Assembly (NCBI RefSeq): GCF_039654945.1
Contig: NW_027361959.1
Span: forward strand, 7,750,001 to 7,814,000
Direction of reading: 5' to 3'
From: Dendrobates tinctorius
Taxonomy: Eukaryota
DNA: 64,000 nt
The position numbers and the translations under genes were made by a program. Under the pieces are notes generated by a model. The model saw nothing but the letters and a program-made list of their open reading frames with translations, was not told the DNA's origin and did not search any database. This document shows, piece after piece, positions 37,244-47,104 of this stretch; the first letter of the stretch is position 1, and each line of letters starts with the position of its first letter.

Positions 37244-39149
37244 CTGGAGGCACTCCGTACCTACGGACGACAGAGTGGGCGGACGCCTACTAAGGTTCAG
37301 CCACGTTTGGGTCGCAGTGACACGCGACACTTGGGTGGCAGAACTTGTATCGTCCGGGTACAAGATAGAGTTTGTCGGACGGCCACCTCAGCGATTCTTC
37401 CGTTCGCGACTTTCCAAAACAGATTCGCAGGCGGAGAGTTTGTTACAGGCTGTAACATCGCTACAGCACAAAGGGGTCATCGCCCCAGTGCCGCAGGGCG
37501 AAGAGTCGCAGGGGTTTTACTCCAATCTTTTTTCGGTCCCCAAAAAAGACGGGACTGTGAGGCCGGTTCTGGATCTAAAGATCCTAAACAGATTCATCAG
37601 GGTCAGGCGATTCCGGATGGAATCCCTCCGCTCGGTCATTGCAGCCATGGATCCAGGGGAATTCCTGGCCTCAATCGATGTGCAGGATGCATATCTGCAT
37701 ATTCCGATATTCCCCCCACACCAGAGGTTCCTGCGATTTGCGATCGGAGGACGTCACTTCCAATTCGTGGCTCTGCCCTTCGGTCTGGCCACTGCCCCCA
37801 GAGTCTTTACAAAGATAATGGCGGTGGTTATGGCCATCCTGCATGCACGGGGCATAACGGTGTTACCTTACCTGGACGACCTTTGGGTAAAGGGGCCGTC
37901 GTTTCAGGAGTGCCAGGACAATGTCAGTATTACTCTGGATACCCTGGCCCGTCTGGGCTGGCTGATCAATTGGAGCAAGTCGTCTTTGGTTCCAGCCCAA
38001 AAAATCGTGTTCCTGGGCATGATTTTCGACACCTCCCGGGGGCTGGTGATCCTCCCTCAGGACAAGGCGCAAAAAATCAAGCAAGGGATACGGAACCTTC
38101 TACAGCCGGGCTCCAGATCCATCCGGTATGGCATGAGTGTTTTGGGCAGAATGGTGGCGGCGATAGAAGCAATCCCGTTTGCCCAGTTCCATCTCCGGCC
38201 GCTTCAGCATGCGCTCTTGACAGCATGGGACCGGAGGCTGCTGTCTCTCAGTCATCGGTGCAAGTTGTCTCCGCTGGTACGGGGTTCACTCCGGTGGTGG
38301 ACTCGCGACTCGTCTCTGGTCCAGGGGAAACCCTTTCCCCCGGAACAATGGTTGGTGGTGACGACCGATGCAAGCCTGCAAGGTTGGGGAGCAGTTTTCC
38401 AGAGTCACATAGCCCAGGGGCGGTGGTCCGTTCAGGAGATAGTTCTCCCGATCAACATTCTGGAGATACGGGCAATACGATTGGCCCTACAACATTTCCA
38501 GTGTTTCCTGAGACACCGGCCGGTGCGCATCCAGACGGACAATGCTACAGCAGTAGCATATGTCAACCATCAAGGGGGCACGCGCAGCCAGGCAGCCATG
38601 CGCGAGGTCGGACTGGTACTATGTTGGGCGGAGAAGAACCGCGTGGTAATTTCAGCGGTGCACATTCCAGGAGTCGAAAACTGGGCGGCAGATTTTCTCA
38701 GCCGACAGGGGGTCGCGGCAGGGGAATGGTCCCTGCACCCCGAGATCTTTCAGCAGATCTGCCAACGGTGGGGGACACCAGACGTGGACCTTATGGCATC
38801 CAGAGAGAATGCCAAAGTACTAAGGTTTGTCGCTCGATCCCTCGATCCGCAGGCAATCGCAGCAGACGCGCTGGTGCTCCCGTGGAACCAGTTTCGTCTC
38901 CCGTACTTGTTCCCCCCGCTGCCGCTGCTTCCAAGAGTTATCAGGAAAATAAGGAGAGAGAAGGTTCCAGCAATTCTGCTGGCCCCAGACTGGCCCCGGC
39001 GGGCCTGGTACGCAGATCTGGTCCAACTAGTGGTGGACGTACCCTGGCGTCTTCCAGATCGGCCGGACTTACTGTCCCAAGGGCCGATCTGCCATCCGAA
39101 CTTAGGGGCCCTGTGTTTGACGGCGTGGCCATTGAATCTTGGCTGTTAA
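36969..39149 (+). CDS. DIRS ORF2: reverse transcriptase, RNase H and Dam-like methyltransferase domain (true start uncertain)
   Basis: LPFGL, YLDD, TTDAS..GWG, INILE, TDN, ADFLSR, DLMAS, YLFPP, PDWP..WY. Confidence 0.95.
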   Translation: MRSWTSLSQKPQGGKVVSFRSREVARHSGKRKGVFDPFVAPGGGLRPGRTPPQTMARVGKNKSLTGPIRWVEAEAIYPERRGPSPKSLQLNDWRHSVPTDDRVGGRLLRFSHVWVAVTRDTWVAELVSSGYKIEFVGRPPQRFFRSRLSKTDSQAESLLQAVTSLQHKGVIAPVPQGEESQGFYSNLFSVPKKDGTVRPVLDLKILNRFIRVRRFRMESLRSVIAAMDPGEFLASIDVQDAYLHIPIFPPHQRFLRFAIGGRHFQFVALPFGLATAPRVFTKIMAVVMAILHARGITVLPYLDDLWVKGPSFQECQDNVSITLDTLARLGWLINWSKSSLVPAQKIVFLGMIFDTSRGLVILPQDKAQKIKQGIRNLLQPGSRSIRYGMSVLGRMVAAIEAIPFAQFHLRPLQHALLTAWDRRLLSLSHRCKLSPLVRGSLRWWTRDSSLVQGKPFPPEQWLVVTTDASLQGWGAVFQSHIAQGRWSVQEIVLPINILEIRAIRLALQHFQCFLRHRPVRIQTDNATAVAYVNHQGGTRSQAAMREVGLVLCWAEKNRVVISAVHIPGVENWAADFLSRQGVAAGEWSLHPEIFQQICQRWGTPDVDLMASRENAKVLRFVARSLDPQAIAADALVLPWNQFRLPYLFPPLPLLPRVIRKIRREKVPAILLAPDWPRRAWYADLVQLVVDVPWRLPDRPDLLSQGPICHPNLGALCLTAWPLNLGC

Positions 39150-40168
39150 CACAGGCAGGATTCAGACGCGATGTGGCGGCCACGATGGTGAGTGCCCGAA
39201 AGCCTTCCTCGGCGAGGGTGTATCATCGAACTTGGGAAGTTTTCTTCCGTTGGTGTAGGGATCGTGAAGTGGCTCCTCTGGTTTTTTCGATCCCCAACGT
39301 ACTGGCTTTTCTACAGGCAGGGCTGGACGCAGGGTTGGCCCCGAGTTCCCTCAGAACGCAAATCTCGGCCCTGTCGGTACTTTTCCAACGAAAAGTCGCT
39401 TCCGTCTGGCAGGTTAGGACGTTTATGCAGGGGGTCGCACATTTAGTACCCCCCTATAAGGCGCCGACGGAATCATGGGACCTGAACTTGGTGCTCAGAG
39501 CCCTTCAGGAGGCCCCTTTCGAACCATTGCAAGAGGTCTCCTTACCTTACCTGTCCAGAAAGGTCGTTTTTCTAGTAGCCATAACGTCTATTAGGCGGGT
39601 TTCGGAATTGGCGGCCTTATCTTGTAAACCACCGTTCCTAACCTTTTATAAGGATAAGGTAGTTTTAAGGCCAGCTCCCCCCTTCTTGCCGAAGGTTGTG
39701 TCTGCATTTCATATCAACGAAGACATCGTCTTACCCTCATTTTGCCCGGCACCGGTGCACAGGGTAGAGAAGGCTTTGCACACCCTGGATCTGGTAAGAG
39801 CTCTTAGGAGGTATGTGACAAGGACGGCGCCATTCCGCCAGACAGACGCTCTATTCGTGGTTCCAGAGGGACGGCGGAAGGGGCTCGCTGCGTCCAGAGC
39901 GACTTTGGCCAGATGGGTTCGCCTGACGGTCCAAGAAGCTTATCAAATCAGTGGCACGCCGGTTCCGGCAGGGATCAAGGCTCACTCGGCACGGGCAGTG
40001 GGTGCCTCATGGGCACTACGACACCAGGCTTCAGCGGAGCAGGTATGCAAAGCAGCTACCTGGTCCAGTTTACATACGTTTGTCAAACATTATAACGTAC
40101 ATACCCAGGCATCCTCGGATGCAAGCCTGGCAAGAAAGATTCTCCAGGCAGCAGTTGCGCACCTCTAA
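37307..40168 (+). CDS. DIRS ORF3: tyrosine recombinase with long N-terminal region overlapping ORF2
   Basis: SIRRVSEL (R), AHSAR (HxxR), AATW, KHY (Y); 953-codon open frame. Confidence 0.93.
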   Translation: MGRSDTRHLGGRTCIVRVQDRVCRTATSAILPFATFQNRFAGGEFVTGCNIATAQRGHRPSAAGRRVAGVLLQSFFGPQKRRDCEAGSGSKDPKQIHQGQAIPDGIPPLGHCSHGSRGIPGLNRCAGCISAYSDIPPTPEVPAICDRRTSLPIRGSALRSGHCPQSLYKDNGGGYGHPACTGHNGVTLPGRPLGKGAVVSGVPGQCQYYSGYPGPSGLADQLEQVVFGSSPKNRVPGHDFRHLPGAGDPPSGQGAKNQARDTEPSTAGLQIHPVWHECFGQNGGGDRSNPVCPVPSPAASACALDSMGPEAAVSQSSVQVVSAGTGFTPVVDSRLVSGPGETLSPGTMVGGDDRCKPARLGSSFPESHSPGAVVRSGDSSPDQHSGDTGNTIGPTTFPVFPETPAGAHPDGQCYSSSICQPSRGHAQPGSHARGRTGTMLGGEEPRGNFSGAHSRSRKLGGRFSQPTGGRGRGMVPAPRDLSADLPTVGDTRRGPYGIQRECQSTKVCRSIPRSAGNRSRRAGAPVEPVSSPVLVPPAAAASKSYQENKEREGSSNSAGPRLAPAGLVRRSGPTSGGRTLASSRSAGLTVPRADLPSELRGPVFDGVAIESWLLTQAGFRRDVAATMVSARKPSSARVYHRTWEVFFRWCRDREVAPLVFSIPNVLAFLQAGLDAGLAPSSLRTQISALSVLFQRKVASVWQVRTFMQGVAHLVPPYKAPTESWDLNLVLRALQEAPFEPLQEVSLPYLSRKVVFLVAITSIRRVSELAALSCKPPFLTFYKDKVVLRPAPPFLPKVVSAFHINEDIVLPSFCPAPVHRVEKALHTLDLVRALRRYVTRTAPFRQTDALFVVPEGRRKGLAASRATLARWVRLTVQEAYQISGTPVPAGIKAHSARAVGASWALRHQASAEQVCKAATWSSLHTFVKHYNVHTQASSDASLARKILQAAVAHL

Positions 40169-40657
40169 TCAGGGGCGCAAATTAGCAGGGATTGGGTGAG
40201 CTAAGATCCCGCCCAGAGGACTGCTTTAGGACGTCCCACAGTCTCTGTGTCCCCCAATGAGACGAAGGAGAAACATGGATTTTTGTGAGTACTCACCGTA
40301 AAATCCTTTTCTCCGAGACGCTCATTGGGGGACACAGCACCCACCCTATCAGCCAGTTGGCATTTACTTATTTTGAGTTTTACAAATCCTTGTACAAGGT
40401 TTAGGGTGGCCCCCTTTTTCAGACATATAGTTTCTTGCCTGAGTTTAAGGCGCGTTCTCCTACTGCTTATGCACTAAACTGAGTTACGCCCGGCCTAGGG
40501 GCGAGGGTGTATGCGGCGGAGGAGGAGCTAACTCTTTTTTTGTACACTTAGTGTCGGCCTCCAGACGGCAGAAGCACACACCCACAGTCTCTGTGTCCCC
40601 CAATGAGCGTCTCGGAGAAAAGGATTTTACGGTGAGTACTCACAAAAATCCATGTTT

Positions 40658-42260
40658 CTCCCACATATGGGGTATCAGCATACTCAGGACAAATTGGACA
40701 ACAACTTTTGGGGTCCAATTTCTCCTGGTACCCTTGGGAAAATAAAAAAATGGTGACTAAAAGATCATGTTTGTGGAAAAAATACGAATTTTTTATTTTC
40801 ACGCCCGGGCGTTGTAAACTTCTGTGAAGCACTGGGGGGGTCAAAGTGCTCACCACACATCTAGATAAGTTCCATGGGGGGTCTAGTTTCCAAAATGGTG
40901 TCATTTGTGGGGGGTTCCACTGTTTTGGTACATCAGGAGTTTTCCAAACGCGACATGGTGTCCGATCTCAATTCCAGCCAAAAACGTCAAATGGCGCTGC
41001 TTCCCTTCCGAGCTCTGCCATGCCCCCAAATAGTGGTTTACCCCCACATGTGGGGTATCAGCGTACTCAGGACAAATTGCACAATAACTTTTAGGGTCCT
41101 GTTACCCTTGGAAAAATAAGAATTGAGGGTGAAAAGATCATTTTTGTGGAAAAAATATGATTTTTTAATTGTATGGCTTTATGTTATAAACTTCTGTGAA
41201 GCCCATGGGGGTTCAAAGTTCTCACCACACATCTAGATAAGTTCCTTAGGGTGTCTAGTTTCCAAAATGGTGTCATTTGTGGGGGTTTCCACTGTTTTGG
41301 TACATCAGGGGTTTTCCAAACGCGACATGGTGTCCGATCTCAATTCCAGCCAAAAACGTCAAATGGCGCTGCTTCCCTTCCGAGCTCTGCCATGCGCCCA
41401 AATAGTGGTTTACCCCCACATGTGGGGTATCAGCGTACTCAGGACAAATTGCACAATAACTTTTAGGGTCCTGTTACCCTTGGAAAAATAAGAATTGAGG
41501 GTGAAAAGATCATTTTTGTTTAAAAAATATGATTTTTTAATTGTATGGCTTTATGTTATAAACTTCTGTGAAGCCCATGGGGGTTCAAAGTTCTCACCAC
41601 ACATCTAGATAAGTTCCTTAGGGGGTCTAGTTTCCAAAATGGTGTCATTTGTGGGGGGTTTCCACTGTTTTGGTACATCAGGGGTTTTCCAAACGCGACA
41701 TGGTGTCCGATCTCAATTCCAGCCAAAAACGTCAAATGGCGCTGCTTCCCTTCCGAGCTCTGCCATGCGCCCAAATAGTGGTTTACCCCCACATGTGGGG
41801 TATCAGCGTACTCAGGACAAATTGCACAATAACTTTTAGGGTCCTGTTACCCTTGGGAAAATAAAAATTGGGGTGAAAAGATCATTTTTGTGGAAAAAAT
41901 ATGATTTTTTAATTGTACCGCTGTACGTTATAAACTTCTGTAAAGCCCTTGTGGGTTCAAAGTTCTCACCACATATCTAGATAAGTTCCTTGGGGGGTCT
42001 AGTTTCCAAAATGGGGTCACTTGTAGGGGGTTTCCACTGTTTAGGTACATCAGGGACTCTCCAAACGTGACATGGCGTCCAATCTGAATTCCAGCCAATT
42101 TTGCATTGAAAAAGTCAAACGGCGCTCCTTCCATTCTGAGCTCTGCCATGCGCCGAAACAGTCGTTCCCCCCCACATATCAGGTATCTGCGTACTCAGGA
42201 CAAATTGCACAATAACTTTTGCAGTTCAATTTCTCCTGTTACCCTTGGTAAAATAAAAAA
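40658..42260. repeat. Tandem array continued, ~373-bp variant units
   Basis: Resumes ctcccacatatgg exactly where the DIRS interrupts a unit; repeated translations at 40874/41267/41639. Confidence 0.9.
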
Positions 42261-43088
42261 AATTGAACCTGAAGTATTTTTTTTATGAAAAAAAGTTAGA
42301 TGTTCATTTTTTTTTAAATATTCAAAAAAATTCCTGTGACGCACCTAAAGGGTTAATAAACTTCTTGAATGTGGTTTTGAGCACCTTAAGGGGTGCAGTT
42401 TTTAGAATGGTGTCACTTTTGTGTATTTTCTATCATATAGACCCCTCAAAGTGGCTTCAAATGTGATGTGGTCCTAAAAATAAAATGGTGTTGTAAAAAT
42501 GAGAAATCGCTGGTCAACTTTTAACCCTTATAACTTCCTAACAAAAAAAAATTTTGGTTCCAAAATTGTGCTGATGTAAAGTAAACATGTGGGAAATGTT
42601 AGTTATCAAGTTTTTTGTGTGCCTTATCTCTGTGATTTAAGGGCATAAAAATTCAAAGTTGGAAAATTGCGAAATTTTCAAAATTTTCGCCAAATTTCCG
42701 TTTTTCTCACAAATAAACGCAAGTTATTTGAATGAAATTTTACCACTAACATGAAGTACAATATGTCACGAGAAAACAATGTCAGAATCACCGGGATCCA
42801 TGGAAGCGTTCGAGAGTTATGACCTCATAAAGGTACAGTGGTCAGAATTGTAAAAATTGGCCCGGTCATGAACGTGCAAACCACCCTTGGGGGTGAAGGG
42901 GTTAAACTCCCTCTTACCAATGTCTGTGCTGAAAAAAAGCCCTTTCATCCCTTCATAACTTGGATATTTGGAGTAACCTGTTGTATAGGTATGGGGGCAA
43001 TTGTGTTCTTAGCTTGTAAAACTTTACGCCATCTGATTCATCTGTTACAATTTTGGTGTCTGATTTAAAGTTTGATTTTGTATTTTAG

Positions 43089-43156
43089 GAAAAACACCCG
43101 AGAATAAGAAAATTAAAGTTTCAACTCCAAACACATTCCCCAAGGCTAACAAGAAG
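43089..43156 (+). CDS. NOLC1: NOLC1 exon (GKTPENKKIKVSTPNTFPKANKK)
   Basis: Matches the conserved Nopp140 TPxxKKIKxxTPNTFPK motif; ttttag acceptor, aag|gtgaga donor. Confidence 0.92.
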
Positions 43157-44391
43157 GTGAGAAAATAAGTACAGTTGCAAAGAAGAGTATCTGCTGGCTG
43201 GGAAGTCAATTGAATGCCTTTATATTAAAGGTTTAATTTTACCATGTATTTAGAAACCATGAATAAAATCCTGATCCTTTACAAACATGTCTGTATTGTG
43301 TTTATTGCGCCAACATGGCTCCTACGAGGATCTCAATAAAAGAACTGGCCTTGATTTATTAAATGTAGTCATTAATCCGTTAAGGAACAGGGAATTTTTT
43401 GTTTTTTGTTAGCTTCTTCCAAGAGCCATCACGTTTTATTTTTTTTATTTTTTTTGTGTAGACAGACATATGAGGGCTTTTTGCGGAATAAGATGTTTTA
43501 AATACCATCAATTTTGACATACAGTGTACTGAAAAACGGGAACAGAATTCCAAAGTGGGATGAAATTGTGCAAAAATGCAATTCTGACTTTTTTTTTTTT
43601 CTTTTGGATTTTGTTTTTATGCCTTTCATTGTACTGTAAAAATGACATGAAAATTTGATTCTCCAAATCAGTGCTATTATGGCCATGCCAAACTTGCATA
43701 AATGTTTTTTCTATTTACATAATCAAAAAAAAATATGACTATTCTAAAGATATTTTTTGCTTTGTGCTGCCATTTTTTTCAAGACTAAAAACATTTTTTC
43801 TGCTGATTTGAGCTGTCCGTTTTTTGCCTGGTGAGCTGATGTTTTTATTGATACTGATTTCGTGTACGTACGTTTTGATTTCTTATTCTTTTTTAAGGAG
43901 ATGAAGTGACCAAAAATAAGCAATTCTGACTTTTTGATTATTTTTTTGTTTCCTTTGTTTTCTAATTGGGTTAATTTAATTCCATATTTTGATAGATTGA
44001 ACTTTTTTTTCTGGACATAACAGTTTTAATTTTCCTCTCCAATTTTTTTTAACTTTTTACAAATATTTTACTTTTTTTTTGGTTTTTTAACATAACTCGA
44101 ACTGCCGATCTTTTGAATGCTTTTACTTTATATACTGCAGTACTTCTGTGTATAGTGAAAATCTCAGTCTCCTATGGAGGTTAGCTTGTGGCTGAGCTTC
44201 ATGGGAGAACTGAGATTACGGCGATGGTACCTCAGCAGGCCCCCACACTGCCATTGTAACCAATCGGTCCCCAGCGTTTGCATCGTTGTAAGCCATTGAG
44301 GGCCAATGCACATGAGGATCAGCACGTGCTCCATTTAAATGATGCTTTCAAAGATTAACAACCGCAGCTGGAGCCATATAAACACATTTAA

Positions 44392-44663
44392 AGGGGTAGT
44401 CCCATCTCAAAGGTCCTATCCCAATATGTAGTAGGTATAATATTGGCAAATACAATTAGAAATGTAGTGTAGTTCTTCCGATTTGCTATGTCGCTTACCC
44501 CATATAGGGCACTGTCACCAGTCGTTACCATAGATACCTAAGCTACATGGAGTAAGCGACAACAAATCAGAAGAACTATACTACATTTCTAATTGGAGGT
44601 ATTTGTTAATATTATTACATCTACCACATACTGGGATAGGCTTTTGGAGATGGGAAAACCCCT
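44392..44663. mobile_element. Kolobok/T2-type MITE
   Basis: ttaa|aggggtagtcccatctc ... gagatgggaaaacccct|ttaa; whole element palindromic. Confidence 0.75.
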
Positions 44664-45547
44664 TTAAGCAGTTAACAGCAGAGTAGGGAGCTCTGCTCCT
44701 GCCACTGCTGTTAGACAGATGCCGGCTGTGTAATATTCTGAACCCCCTCCACCCATAGGACCTCTTTCCAGAATGTTAATTCTTATCCTGATATGGGAAG
44801 GGGTTAATACCACATGAATTTACAGCCATTACCTTTGTAGGCACTTCAAGATCTATAAATGGGAGATACTTATTGTATTTATGCAGTTGAATGTATTGTA
44901 ATCATAGGTTTTTAGATTTAGAACAAATTTAGACATTGAATTGAAAACCTATTGTTACAGAACTGGAACTAAATGTTGGTGAAAGGTTATTACTTTAACA
45001 CCTTAAAATCCTGCATTACAGTTAAGAATCCCTGCAAAAGTGATGGCTACACATATGCATTTATCAAGTGAAGAAAATAGGGATTTTTGTGTACTCACCG
45101 TAATATCCTTTTCTTCGAGCCAACCTATGGAATCTGAGAAAAGGGAAAAAAACCCTATGAACCCTCAAATTTCCTTGGGTACGAACTATGAGAGAATGCC
45201 GGGCTTAATAGGAATAAACAAGAACACAAGACTTGCACACACATCTCAGAGCATATGGCTATTGTAGAGGAAGTGTGGAGGCCTCAACCCAACACCGTTC
45301 CACACTCCTTTCCATGGGCACAGGAGAAAAGATGGGTCATCTGCAACTTCAACCAATGTTAATTGTGTGTATAGCATGCAAGATAAGTTTTCATAAATGA
45401 CACTGGTGTGATTTTACTCTGTCGCTTTAGCCTTGTATCCATAAATACAGGACTTGAAAGGTGTCCAAATACAAGTTTCAATGAAAAGCAACGTACCGTC
45501 ATCTTTGTCATTTGTAATAAAACTTGTGCTTTTTGGGTGTGATGCAG

Positions 45548-45637
45548 GAAGGTGCCAAAAACATCCCGTTCCGAAGAGTAGTTGAAGAGGAAGTGGAAAT
45601 TGATCCTCGGGTTGCTAACAATTCATTTGAAGCAAAG
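45548..45637 (+). CDS. NOLC1: NOLC1 exon, start of SRP40_C domain (EGAKNIPFRRVVEEEVEIDPRVANNSFEAK)
   Basis: PFRRV...NSF motif; tgcag acceptor, aag|gtatga donor. Confidence 0.95.
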
Positions 45638-46708
45638 GTATGATACTAATATTTTTTGTTTGCAAGAATTCCAGCTATTCATTTTGTTGCATCTGTTGTC
45701 TATCCAAATTGTGCATGTGGTAAAGTCATGACGGAGGCTCATACTCTACCTGTACAGCAGCCTGTAAAAAATGTCCTATAGTGCAGCAGACACTAGCAGC
45801 CATGGGGCTCAATTCACTTGAATATTTTCCATCTGCATTCGTCTGCTAATACTAGGAACTAGGCACTCCCTGTAAAATCTTTCTCTGAGCCGTAGGCGTG
45901 GCCTAGGCAGCAACAGAGCAGGACGTGTTTTGTCTGCGCTCCCATTCTGAGGCCACAAAATTCACTAAAAACAGGACTTTTCCTAGCAAAAAGGACCACA
46001 CCACCCCTCATCTGAAGCCCTGAGAGGGGAGGGAGGAGGCAGACTCACCGGAATCGCTGCTTCGGTGAAAACGTACCGGGATTGCTTTGGTGGAGGCCTG
46101 GGGACGCCGTCTTTTTCCCGGGTGCTGTGACGGAGGAGGAGGTGGGCTGTGTGGCTGAGCTGCTGGAGGTCTGAACCGCTGGAGATCTGGGTCTGGCCCC
46201 GACCGCTGACGTCCGACAGGCGAGCAGGAGCTTGATTGACCAGCGCCACCCGGTAGCGGCCTGGAAGCGCGTGTGGCTGGGAGAGGGAGACTCGTGGAGC
46301 CACGGATGCAGTGTTTGTGAGTGGTTAGCAGCGGTGCTGTGGGAGACTTCTGAGCCTGGTGGCGAGACCAGAACCAGCTGAAACCCGTCCGGGAGTCTGC
46401 GGGCACATTCCTACAGGAGACACGTTACTGTGCGGCCCTTTTCTCTCTTTTCCCGCCATAGAGCGGACAGCGCCATCTTAAGGAAAAAAAAAGGGAAGAC
46501 AACAAGCCCCATATTGGAATCTTCCTGTCGCTGAATAAGCTGCTGGGTGCGTCGCATAAATTAGGACTGAGAGCACCTCTTTAATTTGAGCCTACGCTGC
46601 TGGCAGCGAACATCCAGTTCAATTTTTCATGAGTAACCCAGGACTTTAACTTCTCTTATTGTTCTGATAATATTCTGGGGTTGCTCTGTTTGTTTCATTA
46701 TAACACAA

Positions 46709-46727
46709 TAGCGACATCTACTGGCCA
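46709..46727 (-). promoter_or_regulatory. CTCF-like motif (tggccagtagatgtcgcta)
   Basis: Close match to the CTCF core consensus CCASYAGRKGGCRS. Confidence 0.45.
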
Positions 46728-47104
46728 CAATAAGAAGTATGCTGCATTTTTAGCCAAAATGAATAACTAACTTTTTCTTTTTTTTATGTCCAAGTGGTGA
46801 TCCTTGCATACCACGCTATCAGAAGCTCAATTATGGTAAAAAATCTTTCTCTGAGCCTTCATTGGAGGACACAGGTAACATGGGTGTATCCCGCTGCCAC
46901 TAGGAGGCTGACACTAGGCAGAAAAAGTTTACTTCTCACCAGCAGGCTACACCCATCAACTGACAAGGAGCAAATCAGTTTGTGAGAAAGCAGTAGAAAA
47001 GGACATTACCCTAAATTGAACCAATAGAGGCACAAACAAGGGCATGTGCTGTGTCCTCCAATGAAGGCTTCAAGAGATTTTACGCTGACTGCCCAAAATC
47101 TTAT

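Larger units (their letters stand above)
34772..40657 (+). mobile_element. Intact DIRS1-like tyrosine-recombinase retrotransposon
   Basis: ITRs (to 34915; from 40476) appear identical; ICR 40235-40337; three uninterrupted ORFs; TTT termini. Confidence 0.98.
31411..42901. mobile_element. Large non-autonomous piggyBac-type element with an internal 373-390-bp tandem array, interrupted by DIRS and an assembly gap
   Basis: ttaa|ccccttc ... gaagggg|ttaa; second copy at 57676. Confidence 0.75.
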
